Source: an uncultured virus (IMG/VR IMGVR_UViG_2654588052_000002) (lineage: Duplodnaviria > Heunggongvirae > Uroviricota > Caudoviricetes). Taken from it: DNA of 20,000 nucleotides. The notes under the pieces are model-generated. The model was not told where the DNA came from and searched no databases. It saw nothing but the letters and a program-made list of their open reading frames with translations. Positions 16,816 through 20,000 of the stretch are shown here, piece after piece (positions within the stretch are counted from its first letter, which is position 1; each line of letters begins with the position of its first letter). Position numbers and translations under genes: made by a program. The DNA is taken from IMG/VR virus record IMGVR_UViG_2654588052_000002, positions 51,772-71,771 of that record, one strand, 5' to 3'.

Positions 16816-16940
16816 TACATGATAAAATACCTAATTAGTTCTAACAAAGTACTACCGGTAAGAATTGAAATGAATTTTTTTAAATCACATTCAAATTCAA
16901 TTTCTAATTTATCTTGTTTTCGTAAGTATTTTATTTTCAT
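16815..16940 (-). CDS. Small 41-aa ORF, hypothetical
   Basis: MKIKYLRKQDKLEIEFECDLKKFISILTGSTLLELIRYFIM*; AAGAAGG RBS; terminator immediately after the stop. Confidence 0.45.
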   Translation of the reverse strand: MKIKYLRKQDKLEIEFECDLKKFISILTGSTLLELIRYFIM

Positions 16941-17352
16941 GCATTAGGAAAACCTTCTTTCAACCGTATACTAATAAATTTTAACATTTAAAAAAATAGA
17001 ATACAAATTTGGGACTAGAAATTATACTTACTCTATGCATTTTTAATTGATTAATATAAATAGCTATAGAATATCTTTATTGTTTTGCAACATTTTCACG
17101 TACAATGATACTTACTTAGCAAAACGACCTTGTTGCCGTCCATAAAGCTCTTCATAAGTTTCTGTGGTTAATGTAAAACATGCATAAGAGTACTTCATAC
17201 AGAAAGATGCACTATTGCATATCCTTATCCGTAAGTGTGAGAAAGCATTGATATACAGCTATTTTCAAACTTTCTCAACATTTTTCTGATAACCACACGA
17301 CTGAATTTTGGCAAAAATATGATATTATGAAAATAATAAAATAAACGGACGT

Positions 17353-17542
17353 AAAAAAGACTCATGGCTGTGCAAGTAGTGCTGGTAACACTCTTCCACG
17401 GTCCGCCCTAATGTGCCTAGGGGAACACTTGTCATAAGTCTCGTACATAATTATAACACACATCCTAGATATAGTGACGCGTTTTCCTTAAATGTAAGAA
17501 ATCTAGGGTAACGTGTCTTTTTTGTCCAACAAGGAGGACAAA
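17353..17542. promoter_or_regulatory. Structured aimR leader with candidate antisense RNA and attenuator
   Basis: Stem gactcatggc/gtcataagtc (17359-17440); minus-strand TGtTATAAT at 17450-17458; terminator gacgcgtt...aacgtgtc-T6; competing cctagat/atctagg pairing. Confidence 0.5.
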
Positions 17543-17546
17543 GATT

Positions 17547-18695
17547 GTGCAAAGTTCAATAGTGAAGTTGCAAAATGATTTGTACGCTAAAGGAATAAGC
17601 GATAGAAATATTTCAAAACAAATCAGTTTAAGCAACGTGACGGTTTCTAAATTTTTTAAGGAGAAAGATGGAATTAGATTCGACAAGTACGGAGAACTTT
17701 TAAAAATCGCTTATCCTAATGATGTAGAGTTACGTCGAGATCTTTGCGCTAAATACTTTACTAATACTAAAAGACATCTTAATAAAAAAATTGCGATGAA
17801 TTATTTAATGGCTCATGGAGAGTTGGAACTTTTAAAACGACTAGTAGACCAAGAAATGACTTCAGCAAATAAAGAAAATCGCGAATGGGCAAGCTTGTAT
17901 GAACTGATTTATAAAAGATATAAAGGACACATAAAAGGCGAAAAATTACTTTTGGAATTAAATAAGAGAAAGAAATACCTCAAATTAAAAAGTAAAGAAT
18001 TAGAGATTTTATCCGAAGAAATAGAAATGCTATCAGCTTACGATCAAGGTAACTTTAAGTTAATGGTTAACAAATCCGATTTTTTAATGGAGAAACTAAA
18101 TGATATTAAAGATCCTTATCTAAAAGAATCGTTTTTTTATAAGATAAAGGAATGTGCAATTCATGGTCATTTAACCGCATACGAACTAGAAAAACTAAGA
18201 GAAATATGCGAAGAAGTGATACAAAGTATACCTATCAATAATCGTTTTCCTGTTGTAGAAGCAACAGTATATGGTGTATTGGGAGAATCGTTTATGCTAT
18301 GTGATGAATCCTTTGACAAATCGATATTTTATCTGAAAAAAGCATTGAGCATTTTAGAGAAAGAGTCGAGTAATCAAATGGAAATGAGAAGAACAATGAT
18401 AGCTAATACTATTGAGTTTCTAAAAATACATCATAAAGTTGATTTAGAAAATATTAAACCATTACATGCTGCTGAACAAGCATATTTAGAAATACAAAAG
18501 GGTAATAATGAACATGCAATTGAAATTTTAATGAAGTTGAAAGAAGAGAACGGGGAACTGAGCGCATTTCAAATTTACTATTTAGGCCTAGCGAAAAATG
18601 ACAAAGAACTGTTATTGAAATCACTAGATATGTTTGAGCGATTAGGGAATATTTTTTACGCTCAATTACCTAAGAAATCTCTAGGGATTATATAG
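17547..18695 (+). CDS. aimR: AimR-family arbitrium peptide receptor (HTH + TPR, RRNPP)
   Basis: 382 aa, N-terminal HTH (SDRNISKQISLSNVTVSKFF), NREWASLY and C-terminal GNIFYAQLPK motifs; GTG start with AAGGAGG; followed by a small signal-peptide gene. Confidence 0.9.
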   Translation: MQSSIVKLQNDLYAKGISDRNISKQISLSNVTVSKFFKEKDGIRFDKYGELLKIAYPNDVELRRDLCAKYFTNTKRHLNKKIAMNYLMAHGELELLKRLVDQEMTSANKENREWASLYELIYKRYKGHIKGEKLLLELNKRKKYLKLKSKELEILSEEIEMLSAYDQGNFKLMVNKSDFLMEKLNDIKDPYLKESFFYKIKECAIHGHLTAYELEKLREICEEVIQSIPINNRFPVVEATVYGVLGESFMLCDESFDKSIFYLKKALSILEKESSNQMEMRRTMIANTIEFLKIHHKVDLENIKPLHAAEQAYLEIQKGNNEHAIEILMKLKEENGELSAFQIYYLGLAKNDKELLLKSLDMFERLGNIFYAQLPKKSLGII

Positions 18696-18734
18696 AAAAA
18701 ATGTTATAATTTATGAGAGTGAGGTGATACATAA

Positions 18735-18890
18735 ATGAATAAGGTTTTATCGCTTATTACTATTTTAGCGTTGTCAGGTGGATTTTTATTCGCTCCTTCT
18801 GATAGCCAAAAAAAGCAACCTCAGCAGTTAGCTAAGGATACTCAACTTACAATTACATTAAAAATGTCTGATCCAGGGACGGGCGTTTAA
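18735..18890 (+). CDS. aimP: AimP arbitrium pro-peptide (51 aa), missed by the ORF track
   Basis: GAGGTG RBS, extended -10 TGtTATAAT at 18702-18710; MNKVLSLITILALSGGFLFAPS...KMSDPGTGV*; signal peptide with G/P-rich C-terminal mature peptide. Confidence 0.88.
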   Translation: MNKVLSLITILALSGGFLFAPSDSQKKQPQQLAKDTQLTITLKMSDPGTGV

Positions 18891-18904
18891 ATTATATATT
18901 TAAT

Positions 18905-18938
18905 GAATGACATCTTCTTTTTTTAGAAGATGTCATTC
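18905..18938 (+). terminator. Hairpin after aimP
   Basis: gaatgacatcttct-T6-agaagatgtcattc (14-bp perfect arms), weak U tract. Confidence 0.75.
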
Positions 18939-19035
18939 GTCGTTTTAGGGAATGTTAACTATTTTTCAAAAAAAATAAATAATTAACGAATGTGAATTGT
19001 TCACAAATTATATAGAGGATGCAGGGGGAATGAAC

Positions 19036-19143
19036 ATGGAGAATTTAGTTACAGAGTTATTGATAATGGAGACGGTCGAAGGGGTAAATATTGAACATCT
19101 CCGTGAAATGCTACTAGAATTATCAAACGAAGGAAAAGAGTAA
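19036..19143 (+). CDS. Small acidic ORF at the aimX position (35 aa), SinI-like candidate antirepressor
   Basis: AGGGGG RBS 7 nt upstream; MENLVTELLIMETVEGVNIEHLREMLLELSNEGKE*. Confidence 0.65.
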   Translation: MENLVTELLIMETVEGVNIEHLREMLLELSNEGKE

Positions 19144-19189
19144 AACAAAACTCCGTAGACAGTAATTAGTCTTACGGAGTTTTGTTTTT
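19142..19189. terminator. Bidirectional hairpin between aimX-position ORF and repressor, overlapping the repressor 3' end
   Basis: aaaacaaaactccgtagac-N8-gtcttacggagttttgtttt (one bulge). Confidence 0.75.
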
Positions 19190-19516
19190 AGATATAAAGC
19201 TTTGAATTGTTGATTTAAACAACTCTTTGTTGTCCTCTGATAGTTGATTAATCAGTGTCATCCATTCGTTAGTTTCTTTACTTATCTCTTCTGTTTCTTT
19301 AACTGTTAACTTTTGATGCATCGCTCTTCCTAATAAGTAATCAATAGAAACTTCGTATATGTCTGCTAGTTTAGTTAATGTTTCGTAGTCAGGTTTACGT
19401 CTTCCTGATTCGTAACTAGATAAAGTGGCTTTGTTTACGTCTAATTTTTCTGAGATGAAAGTCTGTGTGTACCCCTTCTTTTCGCGGCACGCTTTCAATC
19501 TTTCGTTTAAGTTCAT
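19172..19516 (-). CDS. Xre/HTH_3 phage repressor (ImmR/SinR-like, no peptidase domain)
   Basis: RLKACREKKGYTQ...ATLSSYESGRRKPDYETLTKLADIYEVSIDYLLGR; divergent from the cro-like gene. Confidence 0.9.
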   Translation of the reverse strand: MNLNERLKACREKKGYTQTFISEKLDVNKATLSSYESGRRKPDYETLTKLADIYEVSIDYLLGRAMHQKLTVKETEEISKETNEWMTLINQLSEDNKELFKSTIQSFISKNKTP

Positions 19517-19590
19517 AATTTTATTATTCCCCTTTATAAATAAGATCCCATTGCGAAGTATTATTCTTTAATTACAGTATATATACTTTT

Positions 19591-19702
19591 TGACAACTTT
19601 TCACTATTTGTAAAAAAAATTAAAACAAAGTGACAAAACAGGGGTTTACATTTACGAAATGACAACTTATAATGAAATTAAGTTGTTGTCGAAATGACAA
19701 CT
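19591..19702 (+). promoter_or_regulatory. Rightward lytic promoter and repressor operators
   Basis: TTTACA(19645-19650)-17 bp-TATAAT(19668-19673); TGACAACT half-sites at 19591, 19660, 19695; palindrome GTTGTC-N5-GACAAC at 19685-19701, repeated at 19922-19938. Confidence 0.8.
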
Positions 19703-19720
19703 ATAGGAGGTGAGGCGGAT

Positions 19721-19990
19721 ATGACATTTGGAAACAGAGTTAGAGATATTCGCAAACAAAAAGATATAACACAATCAAAACTGGCTAAGAGTCTTGGTTT
19801 TAGTCACGCTTCAGCTATTTCTTTCATAGAAAATGGCAAGAGAAGATTAGATGCTGAAAAGATACCTATTTTAGCAAATGCACTTGGAGTATCAATAGAT
19901 GAACTTTTTTTTACTCAAAAAGTTGTCATAATGACAACTGGAAGGCCGGAGGAGAAAGAAAATGAATCAATTACAGGTTTTCAACAATGA
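19721..19990 (+). CDS. Cro-like Xre HTH regulator
   Basis: ATG at 19721 after AGGAGGTG RBS; MTFGNRVRDIRKQKDITQSKLAKSLG...AISFIENGKR. Confidence 0.85.
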   Translation: MTFGNRVRDIRKQKDITQSKLAKSLGFSHASAISFIENGKRRLDAEKIPILANALGVSIDELFFTQKVVIMTTGRPEEKENESITGFQQ

Positions 19991-20000
19991 AGAGTTCGGT
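19962..20000 (+). CDS. N-terminus of BRO-N-type phage antirepressor (partial)
   Basis: GGAGGAG RBS then MNQLQVFNNEEFG, the typical start of Firmicute phage antirepressors. Confidence 0.65.
   Translation, partial: MNQLQVFNNEEFG

Larger units (their letters stand above)
1..20000. mobile_element. Temperate phage (prophage or plasmid-phage) accessory region plus lysogeny-control module, Bacillus cereus group; boundaries not visible
   Basis: aimR-aimP-repressor/cro-antirepressor order at 17.5-20 kb is typical of Bacillus temperate phages. The left part is a mosaic of moron and defence genes. Whether the whole left array belongs to the phage or to the insertion hotspot cannot be determined here. 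Confidence 0.7.

Noticed and set aside
3661..17686. ORF-track frames 3661..3861, 7595..7831, 11821..12021, 12241..12519, 14450..14653, 14963..15286, 17465..17686
   Set aside because: Antisense overlaps of better-supported genes or read-through of the repeat; no RBS or family signal.

Overview
AT-rich Bacillus cereus-group DNA covering the accessory and immunity end of a temperate phage. The right ~2.7 kb is a lysis-lysogeny module: a structured leader, an arbitrium receptor (aimR), an unannotated 51-aa aimP pro-peptide ending MSDPGTGV, an unannotated 35-aa SinI-like ORF at the aimX position, a divergent Xre repressor/cro pair with repeated operators, and the start of a BRO-type antirepressor. 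The left ~16.6 kb is a mosaic of short 1-2 gene modules: secreted and membrane proteins, an LCI-fold peptide, a YjcZ-type sporulation peptide, and three predicted anti-phage modules (HEPN protein, OLD nuclease, PARIS AriA/AriB). The most striking signal is that these modules are separated by 11 co-oriented copies, plus 2 hairpin-only remnants, of one 45-100 bp intergenic element (AAAAGACACCctaaGGTGCCTTCCTCCGACTTGAACCACTTTAATTTTAATAATATGTATTGGAC...). On the minus strand it reads as extended -10 promoter, 5' hairpin, conserved core and terminator, i.e. a candidate ~80-nt small RNA that also marks cassette junctions, giving an integron-like cassette array. A second repeated element, tandem Spo0A boxes exactly 21 bp from an extended -10, precedes four surface-protein genes. 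Family names come from motif recognition by eye and need HMM confirmation. No integrase is present in the window.
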